Below, in pieces: positions 1 through 8,157 of a DNA stretch of 43,000 bases. Under the pieces are notes generated by a model. It worked only from the letters and a program-made list of their open reading frames with translations. It made no database searches and was not told the DNA's origin. The DNA is from Gaiellaceae bacterium (GTDB taxonomy: Bacteria; Actinomycetota; Thermoleophilia; Gaiellales; Gaiellaceae): assembly GCA_045806365.1 (NCBI GenBank), contig JBJMJL010000030.1:1-43000 (forward strand), written 5' to 3'. The translations under genes and the position numbers were made by a program. Positions within the stretch are counted from its first letter, which is position 1. The number at the start of each line of letters is the position of its first letter.

Positions 1-540
1 GTCGTCGAGGAGGGCGGCATGGACGTCGTCGGGAAGGTCGTCGCGACCCACGAGCACGTGGCCGGCGGCTCGCTGCAGAAGTGGCGGCTGGTGCGCGTCG
101 CGCCGCCGCTGCGCCTGCGCTCGTTCGTCACCGGGTTGTATGCGGACGGCTGGTCCGGCCCGTCCAGCGCCTACACCCACTTTGCCCAGGAGACCACCCC
201 GGCCAAGGGCGGCCGTGTCCGCGTCGTCGTCTCACGGCGCGAATGGGGCGGGCCGGACAAGTACGGCAACGTGACGGTCAAGGTCGGGCCCGTCGTGATC
301 GGTGACGACATACAGCCGCACGTGGGGGAGCCTGCCGTCGTGAAACGCTTCCAGATCCACACCAAGCGGGAGAAGCGCGTCACCTTGCCCATTCCGGGCC
401 CGACCTTCCGCGTCGAGGTGACCGTCGCACCGACGTTTCGGCCGAGCGAGCTGTCGCCGCAGACGACGAGCGACGCGCGCGAGCTCGGCGCGAAGATCGC
501 CTATGCCTACTTGCCACCGCGAAAGGCCGCGCACAAGTAG
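1..540 (+). CDS. 3' end of a gene (5' end outside window) encoding an extracytoplasmic C-terminal domain homologous to the C-terminus of the GT4/GT-C fusion at 4840..8157
   Basis: Frame 1 is open from base 1 (VVEEGGMDVV...) to TAG at 538-540, with G/C-rich third positions. It shares the blocks 'Y.DGWSGP..Y' and 'D.RELGA' with the last ~130 aa of the 4840..8157 product. Confidence 0.6.
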   Translation, partial: VVEEGGMDVVGKVVATHEHVAGGSLQKWRLVRVAPPLRLRSFVTGLYADGWSGPSSAYTHFAQETTPAKGGRVRVVVSRREWGGPDKYGNVTVKVGPVVIGDDIQPHVGEPAVVKRFQIHTKREKRVTLPIPGPTFRVEVTVAPTFRPSELSPQTTSDARELGAKIAYAYLPPRKAAHK

Positions 541-1091
541 CTGAAGCGGACCGCCAGCAACGCGCGGGCGAGCGGCCCGCTGCGCTCGAGCGCGTGCAGC
601 GACGCGGCCAACGGACGCGGGAGGGAGAACCGTTGGGGCGAGAAGAACGGCCGTAGCTCGACGTGGTCGAAGCCCGCGGCACGCAGATCGCTGCGCACGT
701 CGTCGACGCGGTACTGGCGCGGGTTCAGGTCGAAGACGAGCTTGTCCTCGGTGTAGCCCGCGACGCGTCGGAAGAAGTCGAGACGGTCGCGTGCGTAGTA
801 GATCGCGCGGAAGCACGTCGTCGCGGCCACGCGCTCCGAAGGCTCGTAATCGTTCAGGTCGCCGAGCACAACGGTGCGGCCACGCTTGCGGGCCGATTCG
901 ACCATCTCGGGACTGGCGTCGACGCCGAGGTAGCGAAGCCCCGGCAGGTAATCCGCCAGCCCGCCGTCGCCGCACGCGAGGTCGAGGACGGTATCGCCGG
1001 TCTCGAGCGACGGCCCGAGCGAACGGGTCAGCTCTGCCCGGTGCGCCAGATACGCGCGCGGGTCCGCATACGCGGTCTCGGTCCAGCTCAC
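507..1091 (-). CDS. Class I SAM-dependent methyltransferase
   Basis: SAM-binding motif I 'VLDLACGDGG'. GTG at 1091 forms a GTGA overlap with the stop of the upstream GT2 gene (1088-1091). The longer ORF-track start at 1241 lies inside that gene. Confidence 0.85.
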   Translation of the reverse strand: MSWTETAYADPRAYLAHRAELTRSLGPSLETGDTVLDLACGDGGLADYLPGLRYLGVDASPEMVESARKRGRTVVLGDLNDYEPSERVAATTCFRAIYYARDRLDFFRRVAGYTEDKLVFDLNPRQYRVDDVRSDLRAAGFDHVELRPFFSPQRFSLPRPLAASLHALERSGPLARALLAVRFSYLCAAFRGGK

Positions 1092-1858
1092 CGCAACGCG
1101 AACAGACGCTCTGGGTGCTTGCGCAAGAAGCGAAGCATCGCGTGCAGGTGCCACAGGTTGCGCCGCGTGAAGAAGTGCTTGTCGATCACCGCTTGGTACT
1201 CGTGCCGTACGACGGCGGTCGGCACCCACCAGCGCTCCCACCCGGCCCTCATCGCGCGGTAGCTCAGGTCGATGTCCTCGACGTAGAGCTTGTAGCCGGC
1301 GTCCCAGCCTCCGATCTGCTCGAGCATCGTGCGCCGCATGAGCAGGAACGCTCCGAGCATCGTGTCCACCTGCACGGGCTCCGCCGTCGGCGCGTCGAGC
1401 AGATAGTGGCGCCGCTGCCAGCGCAGCGGCGGGAACAGCTTGCGCAGCGGCGTGCGCCTGACGATCGTGCCGCCGATCGTCGGGAAGCTCCGGCGGGACG
1501 CCTGCAGCGTGCCGTCGAGGTTGAGCATCTTCGGCCCCGCAATCCCGCAGCGCGGACGAGTCTCGGCGAACTTCGCGAGCTCGGCGACGCAGTTCTCCTC
1601 CGGGACCGCGTCGGGGTTCGAGATGACCACGTACTCGCCGGTCGTCGCCGCAATGCCCTTGTTGACGTTGGCGGAGAACCCGAGCGGGCGGTCGTTCTCG
1701 ATGACTCGCACGCCGGGCGGAAGCGCGTTAGGACGGCTCCCTCGCCCATTCGCGACGACGACCAGCTCTTCGACCTGCGCATGCAGCGCCGGCAGCGAGT
1801 CGCGCAGCATCTCCGCCTCGCCCGGCCCGGTGACGACGAAGATCCCCGAGACCTTCAC
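1088..1858 (-). CDS. GT2-family (GT-A fold) glycosyltransferase, WbbL/rhamnosyltransferase-like
   Basis: GT-A signatures 'EYVVISNPDAV' and 'YVEDIDLSYR'. The GTG start lies in the GTGA overlap at 1855-1858. Confidence 0.85.
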   Translation of the reverse strand: MKVSGIFVVTGPGEAEMLRDSLPALHAQVEELVVVANGRGSRPNALPPGVRVIENDRPLGFSANVNKGIAATTGEYVVISNPDAVPEENCVAELAKFAETRPRCGIAGPKMLNLDGTLQASRRSFPTIGGTIVRRTPLRKLFPPLRWQRRHYLLDAPTAEPVQVDTMLGAFLLMRRTMLEQIGGWDAGYKLYVEDIDLSYRAMRAGWERWWVPTAVVRHEYQAVIDKHFFTRRNLWHLHAMLRFLRKHPERLFALR

Positions 1859-2862
1859 GCGGCGAGCAGCTTGCGGTAGACGTCGGCCGTCGCGCGCGCT
1901 GTCTCGCTCCAGGAGAACGCCTTGACTCGTTGGAGGCCGGCCGCGGACAGACGCTCACGCTCGGCAAGCGCGCGCCGGACCCCTTCGGCGAGATCGTCGC
2001 TGAAGATCGCCGCGTCGCCCGCGACTTCCTGCAGGGCGGGCTCCGGCGCCGCGACGACCGGCGTTCCGCACGCCATGGCCTCGACAACGGGCAGGCCGAA
2101 GCCCTCGTAGCGCGAGGGAAAGACCAGGCACGCGGCTGTCTGGTACAGCCGGACGAGCTCCTCCTTGGGGACATACCCACGTACGTCGGCGCCGCGCCGC
2201 CGAAGCTCGGCCGCGAGCTCCGCATCCTTCGCCGGGCCGACGACCACCAGCTTGCGCCCCACCGCATTGGCTGCGTCGACAGCGGCGAGCGGCTGCTTGC
2301 GCGGCTCGATCGCGCTGACGAACAGCAGGAAGGAGTCGTGCTCGCTCGCCGGTCGGAACGCCGCGTCCGGCGCGAGCGGCGTCACCGTGATCTTCGCCTC
2401 GGGCGTCCCGTAGACCTCGACGAGATCGCGCTTCGTGCGCTCGGAGATGGCGAAGACGTGACGGGCACGCCGCACCGATGTGCGCACGAACAGCTTGAAC
2501 GTCACCAGGTCCCAGCGGCCGAATACGCTCGGATCCCGTTCCCAGGACAGGTCCTGCACCGTGAGCACAGCCGGCGCAGGGCAGTGGAGCGGCAGCGAGT
2601 GCACGAAGTGCGCAAGCGCCGGCCGCACGCGCCGCAGCAGCCGCGGCGCGCCGACGGCCATCCGCAGCTCCTGCGAGCGCGCGGGCAGAACGAACGCCTC
2701 GACGCCCTCCGGGGCGAGCGTCGCGTCGCGGACGATCGCCCCGATCCGCAGGCCGTCTGCAACGGCAGGCAGCGCTCCGAGCAACTGCCTGATGTAGGTC
2801 TCGTCGCCCGTTCGCCGGCGTCCGAGCACGTCGCCGTCGACGAGGACGAGCGGCTCGCTCAC
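1855..2862 (-). CDS. GT4-family glycosyltransferase
   Basis: GT-B C-terminal block 'VFPSRYEGFGLPVVEAMACGTPVV' (E-x7-E). GTG at 2862 lies in the GTGA overlap with the upstream stop. The ORF-track N-terminal extension is Arg-rich and overlaps the upstream gene. Confidence 0.9.
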   Translation of the reverse strand: MSEPLVLVDGDVLGRRRTGDETYIRQLLGALPAVADGLRIGAIVRDATLAPEGVEAFVLPARSQELRMAVGAPRLLRRVRPALAHFVHSLPLHCPAPAVLTVQDLSWERDPSVFGRWDLVTFKLFVRTSVRRARHVFAISERTKRDLVEVYGTPEAKITVTPLAPDAAFRPASEHDSFLLFVSAIEPRKQPLAAVDAANAVGRKLVVVGPAKDAELAAELRRRGADVRGYVPKEELVRLYQTAACLVFPSRYEGFGLPVVEAMACGTPVVAAPEPALQEVAGDAAIFSDDLAEGVRRALAERERLSAAGLQRVKAFSWSETARATADVYRKLLAA

Positions 2863-3842
2863 GCAGCGGCCTCGCGGTAGACACCGACGGTCGCGTCCGC
2901 GACCGCATCCCACCGGAACGCACGCGCACGCGCGAGCCCGCGCGTGACGAGGCTCTCGCGCTCCGACGCCGCGCGTTCGATGCCGGCGGCGATCTCGGCG
3001 GGATCGCTCGTGTCGACCAGAACGGCCGCGCCGTCGGCGATTTCCTCCATGGCCGTCCCGCGCGTCGTGACGACCGGAGTTCCACACGCCATCGCTTCGA
3101 GGACCGGAATGCCGAAGCCCTCGTAGAGCGACGGATACGCCACGCAGAGCGCGCCACGGTAGAGGCGCGCGAGCTCGGCGTCGTCGACCTCCCCGAGCCA
3201 GCGTACGCCGTTGCCGCCGACGTCGACCCCACCCCAGCCCCGCGCGCCGACGACGCGCAGCTCGACGTCGCTGCGCCGGGCAGCGTCCACGAGACGGGCG
3301 AGATTCTTGCGTGGCTCGAGCGTGCCGACGGCGAGAACGTACTCGCCTTCGGCTGCCGGACCGTTGTCTGTGAACTCGTCTTCGACGCCGTTCGGGACGA
3401 CGCGGATCTTGTCGTCGGGGACGCGCAGCACGCTGATGAGCTCACGGCGGGTGAACTCGGAGACGGCGATGACGCGCGTCGCACCCCCGAGCACACGGGG
3501 TACGACCCGCGGGCTGTAGGTTCGCGTCCAGCGGTTGAAAGCACGGGGATGGCGAAACACCGCGAGGTCGTGGACGGTGACGACGAGCGGACGGGCCGGA
3601 CGCAGCGGACCGCGGTAGGTCGGGCAGTGGAGGACATCGGCCTTTTGCTCGCGCCCCAGTACGACCGGGTACCAGAAGCCGTCGCGCGCGAGCGTCGACG
3701 CGCGGCCGGCGCTGCCGAAGGAGCGCGTTTGCGGCTCGACGTCGTCGCGGGCGCGCAGCTCCCGCAACAGCGCCTTCAGGTAGCGGGCCGTGCCGGCGCG
3801 TGTCTGCACGAGCGGCGAGACGTCGATCGCGACGCGAATCAC
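2859..3842 (-). CDS. GT4-family glycosyltransferase
   Basis: 'AYPSLYEGFGIPVLEAMACGTPVV'. The N-terminus 'VIRVAIDVSPL' is typical of GT4. The GTG start lies in the GTGA overlap at 3839-3842. Confidence 0.9.
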   Translation of the reverse strand: MIRVAIDVSPLVQTRAGTARYLKALLRELRARDDVEPQTRSFGSAGRASTLARDGFWYPVVLGREQKADVLHCPTYRGPLRPARPLVVTVHDLAVFRHPRAFNRWTRTYSPRVVPRVLGGATRVIAVSEFTRRELISVLRVPDDKIRVVPNGVEDEFTDNGPAAEGEYVLAVGTLEPRKNLARLVDAARRSDVELRVVGARGWGGVDVGGNGVRWLGEVDDAELARLYRGALCVAYPSLYEGFGIPVLEAMACGTPVVTTRGTAMEEIADGAAVLVDTSDPAEIAAGIERAASERESLVTRGLARARAFRWDAVADATVGVYREAAA

Positions 3843-4843
3843 AGCGCGTCAGCGTAGCTCTGCAGGTGAACGCGGCCCGTCTCGAGCCACGTGAAGCGGC
3901 GGGCGTGCGCGAAGCCGCGCTCGACGAGCTCGTCTGTCCGCTCGAGCGCCTCCTCGATTCCGGCGGCGATCCCGTCCGCGCTCTCCGGATCGACACGGAC
4001 GGCGGCATCGCCCGACGCCTCGTCCAGCGACGGATGCGCGGACACCACGCAGGGCGTCCCGCACGCCATCGCCTCGACGACGGGAATCCCGAATCCCTCG
4101 AAGCGCGACGGATAGACGAAGGCAGACGCGCCGCGATAGAGCGCTGCGAGCTCGCGTCCGTCGACGTAGCCGACGTCCGCCAAGGCGATCAGCCGGTGCG
4201 GCGTCCGTGCCGCTCGCAGCGTCTCGAGGTTCTTTCTCCAATCGCCGGTCGCCGTCGTGAAGACGTACGGCGAGCCGGTCTCGGAGCTCGCGCCCTCGGG
4301 TGAGAACTCCGGGCCGACGCCGGGGTACGCGACGCGAATCCGCTCGCGCGGCACGTCGGCCCGTTCGGCGGCATCGCGCGCGGTGAACTCCGAGTTCACG
4401 AAGACGACGTCGCAGTTCGGCGCCTCGCGGGCGGTGGCCCTGTGCATGCGCACTGTGCGTGCGTGAAGGTGCTCTGGAAAGTGGAGCGGGCCGAGGTCGT
4501 GGATCATCGTCGCGCGCAGTCCCGACCACTGCGGCGGACGCATCCAGTCGCTGAAGTGCAGAACGTCGAACTCGTCGAGGAACCGCTCCGCCGGCGGGCG
4601 GCGGAGCATCCCCCACGCGCGACGAGTCGCGTGCGCGAACGGCACCGTGACGATCCGCCGCTCGACGTCGAGACCTGCGAGCGCATCCTCGAGCAGCTTG
4701 CGGCCACGGACGCTGACGGGGCCGAACGCCACGACGTCGACCGTCGGGTCCGCTTCGAGCATCCCTCTGAGTGCCCCGAGGATGTAGTTGCCGACGCCGG
4801 TGCGGGGATGCGAGAGCGGCGTGACGTCGTACGCGATCCTCAC
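3839..4843 (-). CDS. GT4-family glycosyltransferase
   Basis: 'VYPSRFEGFGIPVVEAMACGTPCV'. The start 'VRIAYDVTPL' is a GTG at 4843 in a GTGA overlap with the stop of the fusion gene. Confidence 0.9.
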   Translation of the reverse strand: MRIAYDVTPLSHPRTGVGNYILGALRGMLEADPTVDVVAFGPVSVRGRKLLEDALAGLDVERRIVTVPFAHATRRAWGMLRRPPAERFLDEFDVLHFSDWMRPPQWSGLRATMIHDLGPLHFPEHLHARTVRMHRATAREAPNCDVVFVNSEFTARDAAERADVPRERIRVAYPGVGPEFSPEGASSETGSPYVFTTATGDWRKNLETLRAARTPHRLIALADVGYVDGRELAALYRGASAFVYPSRFEGFGIPVVEAMACGTPCVVSAHPSLDEASGDAAVRVDPESADGIAAGIEEALERTDELVERGFAHARRFTWLETGRVHLQSYADAL

Positions 4844-7800
4844 GGAGCGCGGTATGCGAACTCGACGAAGCGCGCACCGAGCTCGCGCGTGTCCGCATTG
4901 CCGTGCTCGACGAGCGCCGGGACGGCCGTCGGCGACACGGCGAACGTCACACGGCAAACGCCGTTGCGCGGACGCAGCGGAACGGTCAGGCGCCCGACAT
5001 CGCCGGGCGCGAACGTCATGCTCCGACCGGCGGCGCTGATCCGTTGCGGCCGTGAGAACAGGTGGACGTCGCTCGCGACCGTGGCGGTCACGCTGCCGCC
5101 GGTGCAACGGAGCCGCGTGTATGTGACCTGCGGGCCTGACCACCCGTCACCGTACGTGCCGCTGACCCGCTGGGCGATTCCGACTGTGCCACCGGTGCGC
5201 CGGAGCACCATGCCGCGGAGGTCGTCCTGGCCGACCACCTCGCCGGCGAGCGGCAGCGAGCTCGACGCGAGCACATAGTCGTGGCTGACCGGCGTCCCAT
5301 CCGGGCGCACGAGCACGCCGTCGTCCCGTTCGCGCACGGTGGTGACCGGCAGGCCTCCGCTCGAGTTCCCACCGAGGTCGTACACGGGCCCGACGCTGCG
5401 GTTGTAGAACTCGTTCTCCCAGAGCGTGAGCGGCTGCTGGGTCGGGTCGCGGTTCGCATCGACGAAGGCAACGTCGGCGTCACGGCCGACGGTCGCGTCG
5501 ATCCAATCTCGCCGCGACGCGGTGATCCCCTGGTAGAGCGCGCCGACCGACGCCTTCGGGAAGCCGTGGTCGAATCGCTCGAGCCGCTCAGTCGTGAACG
5601 CGAACCACGCGAAGACGAGCGCCGGCAGCACGAGCGCGAAGCGCGGCGAGATCGTGAGGAAGACGGCGCCGAGCGCGGCTGCCGCGGCGACCACCGCCAC
5701 ACCGACCGTGTCGAGGTTGAAGGCAACCTCGTGGAGCCACCACAGCGGCATGAGCGCGAGCGTGTCCGACTCAGCCGACGTGTCGATCAGCCGGTGGTAG
5801 GGAAGCGCCCCCGGCAGCGCGGCAGCCGCGACCGCTGCGAGCGCCGTCGCCAGGGCCGGCCGCGGCAGGCCGCGCGCGATCCAGGCGAGCAAAGCGACCA
5901 GGAACAGCGGTGCGACGTAGAACATGTTGCGCTCCTCCACGCGGGGGGACCACGCCGACGCGAACGCCGCCACCTCGAGCAGCAACCAGGCGGTGAGCGG
6001 CAGCGTCGCGGCGAGGAACACGCGAAGCGGGCGGTCGAGCGCGCGCCCCATCGAGGCGAGCAGAAGCAGAGCGGCGAACGGAACGATCCCGAGATAGAGG
6101 TCGAGCTCGGCGACGTGGTACAGGAGCCACTTCAAGACCTGGCCGGGGTGGTAGCTCGCGTCCCCGGTGACGCTGTAGCTGCCGAGCACGTCGAACGGCG
6201 ACCGTCCGCGCGCGAGCTGCACGACGAGCACGCCGAAGAGCGCCGCGACGAGAGCGGCGTACAGCACGCGGAACTCCGCGATGGCACGCGCGAGGCGCCG
6301 CCGGTCGAGCCACGCGAGGAGGAGCGGCGCGGTCGCGGCGGCCGGAACCAGCGCGACTGCCTGCGACCGTGTCAGGAAGGCGAGCAGGCACAGCAGGAGC
6401 AGAACCAGCTGCCGTGCGGCCGTCGGCCGCTCGAGCGCAAGGACGAGCGCGAGCGCGGCGCAGGCGAAGACGGGATAGAAGACCGTCTCCGTCATCAACG
6501 TTCCGGTGTAGATCATCGAAGGCACCGCGACTGCGAGCGCGGCGGCGAGGAGCGACCAGGGCGGCGCCAGGAGCCGCCGGGCCAGGAAGTACACCGGGAT
6601 CGCCGTGAGTGACATGAGCACGGAGCCGATCGTCTTCGCGGCGGCATACGCGTCGGGGACGGCTGCGAACGCGCGCCACGCCGGCGCGATCAGCAGCGGA
6701 TAGACGACGCCGTAGCCTCCGTGGTGGACGTCGCGGATCAGGAAGTGCCCGGTCGCGGCGAAGCTCTTCGCCAGCTCGGAATAGATGAGCTCGTCGACCA
6801 TGATCCACGGGGCGACGACACGGCGCGAGAGCCCGTAGCGAAACAGCGCCGAGAAGACGACGAGCGCGACGAGCCACACCCAGGGCGGAATCCGCGCCAG
6901 CCTGCTGCGCGGCACCGGGGGCGCCGGTTCGGGGCGGCCGTTCCGTGCGAGCCCGAGCTCGTCGAGGCGGCCGGAGAGCTCGGCCGCGAAGGGTGTTCCG
7001 GGCTCGATGCCGATCTCGGCCGCGGCGCGCGCGACGTCGGCGACGACTGCGTCGGCGACCGCTGCGCCACCGGCCGCCTCTTCGAGCGCAGCCGCGTACT
7101 CATGGGCGACGCGCCCGAGGTCGTGCTCCCGCGCCACATACGAGCGGGCGGCGTCGCTCATCGCGAGCTGTGTCGGCTCGCTCGACGCGAGCAACTCGAG
7201 GGCGGTTGCCAGGGCCGGAATCTCGTCCTCGTCGACCGGGATCTTCAGCGCCACGTCGTCGGGAAGCTCGGAGAACGAGCCGAAGTCGCTGACGACGAGC
7301 GGGCGACCGAGCGACAGCGCGCGGATGACGCTGCCCGATGTCTCGCCCATCGTCGGCGCGCGCAGCGAGATGCACGCGTCGCAGGCCGCCACCAGCGACC
7401 ACAGCCGTTGTTCGTCGACGTAGTCGATGCGCTCGACGCCTTCGCCGACGAGCCGCTTCGCATCGAACCGCGGCGAGGCCGGGCCGACGAGCAGCAGCTT
7501 CGCATTCGGATGGCGCCGGCGCACGACGGCGAAGGCCTCGAGGAGCTGTGGGATGCGCTTGCTCGCGTTCAGGTGGCCGAAGCAACCGAAGACCGGCCGG
7601 CCGTCGACCTGCGCCGGCTCGACGGTCGGCGTCGGCCACGCCGGATGCGGGATACGCCAGATCGGCCCCGAGAAGCCGGCTTGCTCCGCCTCGCTCTCGA
7701 CGTAGTGCGAGTGCACGATCAGCGCGGTTGCGAGGTCCAGCACCTCGCGCGTGAGCGGGAACTCGTCGGGCCGCGTCTCCCACGGCGGCGCGACGCGGCC

Positions 7801-8157
7801 GTCGAGCACCCCGTGCGCGACCAGGCGGCCGGGGACGCCGGCGTCGCGCTCCATCGCCGCGAGATAGCCCGGCCCGTCTTTGCGGCCAATCGTGAGCCCG
7901 GCGACGAGGTGATGCAGGACGAACTCGTGCAGGACGACCACACCGGGCCGGCGGCGCAGCGCGTCGACGATCCAGCCGTGGGCTTCCGGGTCGTTGCCGA
8001 CGTGGTAGAGGGCGACGTCCGCCGCGACGGGCCGTGTCCGCCCGCGCCGGACGACGTCGACCTCCACGAGCTGCTCGAGGGCGGGCAGCAACAGAGCCGA
8101 GTAGTCGGCGATGCCAGACCGCTCGGGCGGGAGCGGCGAGTAGTACGCGACTCTCAC
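4840..8157 (-). CDS. Bifunctional fusion: N-terminal cytoplasmic GT4-like glycosyltransferase + polytopic GT-C-like (PMT_2/ArnT-like) membrane domain + C-terminal extracytoplasmic domain
   Basis: One uninterrupted frame of 1105 codons. The N-terminus 'VRVAYYSPLPPERSGIADYS...' and 'MGETSGSVIRALSLGRPLVV' indicate a GT-B fold. An Ala-rich linker follows. TM1 is 'IPPWVWLVALVVFSALF', followed by the first-loop acidic motif 'VDELIYSELAKS' (DE codons at 6790-6795) and then more than 10 further hydrophobic segments. A ~250-aa soluble tail ends the protein. GTG at 8157 lies in a GTGA overlap. Confidence 0.8.
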   Translation of the reverse strand: MRVAYYSPLPPERSGIADYSALLLPALEQLVEVDVVRRGRTRPVAADVALYHVGNDPEAHGWIVDALRRRPGVVVLHEFVLHHLVAGLTIGRKDGPGYLAAMERDAGVPGRLVAHGVLDGRVAPPWETRPDEFPLTREVLDLATALIVHSHYVESEAEQAGFSGPIWRIPHPAWPTPTVEPAQVDGRPVFGCFGHLNASKRIPQLLEAFAVVRRRHPNAKLLLVGPASPRFDAKRLVGEGVERIDYVDEQRLWSLVAACDACISLRAPTMGETSGSVIRALSLGRPLVVSDFGSFSELPDDVALKIPVDEDEIPALATALELLASSEPTQLAMSDAARSYVAREHDLGRVAHEYAAALEEAAGGAAVADAVVADVARAAAEIGIEPGTPFAAELSGRLDELGLARNGRPEPAPPVPRSRLARIPPWVWLVALVVFSALFRYGLSRRVVAPWIMVDELIYSELAKSFAATGHFLIRDVHHGGYGVVYPLLIAPAWRAFAAVPDAYAAAKTIGSVLMSLTAIPVYFLARRLLAPPWSLLAAALAVAVPSMIYTGTLMTETVFYPVFACAALALVLALERPTAARQLVLLLLCLLAFLTRSQAVALVPAAATAPLLLAWLDRRRLARAIAEFRVLYAALVAALFGVLVVQLARGRSPFDVLGSYSVTGDASYHPGQVLKWLLYHVAELDLYLGIVPFAALLLLASMGRALDRPLRVFLAATLPLTAWLLLEVAAFASAWSPRVEERNMFYVAPLFLVALLAWIARGLPRPALATALAAVAAAALPGALPYHRLIDTSAESDTLALMPLWWLHEVAFNLDTVGVAVVAAAAALGAVFLTISPRFALVLPALVFAWFAFTTERLERFDHGFPKASVGALYQGITASRRDWIDATVGRDADVAFVDANRDPTQQPLTLWENEFYNRSVGPVYDLGGNSSGGLPVTTVRERDDGVLVRPDGTPVSHDYVLASSSLPLAGEVVGQDDLRGMVLRRTGGTVGIAQRVSGTYGDGWSGPQVTYTRLRCTGGSVTATVASDVHLFSRPQRISAAGRSMTFAPGDVGRLTVPLRPRNGVCRVTFAVSPTAVPALVEHGNADTRELGARFVEFAYRAP

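Noticed and set aside
1955-3637. 560-aa ORF on the minus strand spanning two GT4 genes
   Set aside because: It is an alternative frame of real genes. The translation is Arg/Ala/Ser/Pro-rich and low in complexity, with no family motif. This is a typical high-GC shadow ORF. The same reasoning applies to 232..975, 1264..1782, 1728..2267 and 3442..4008.
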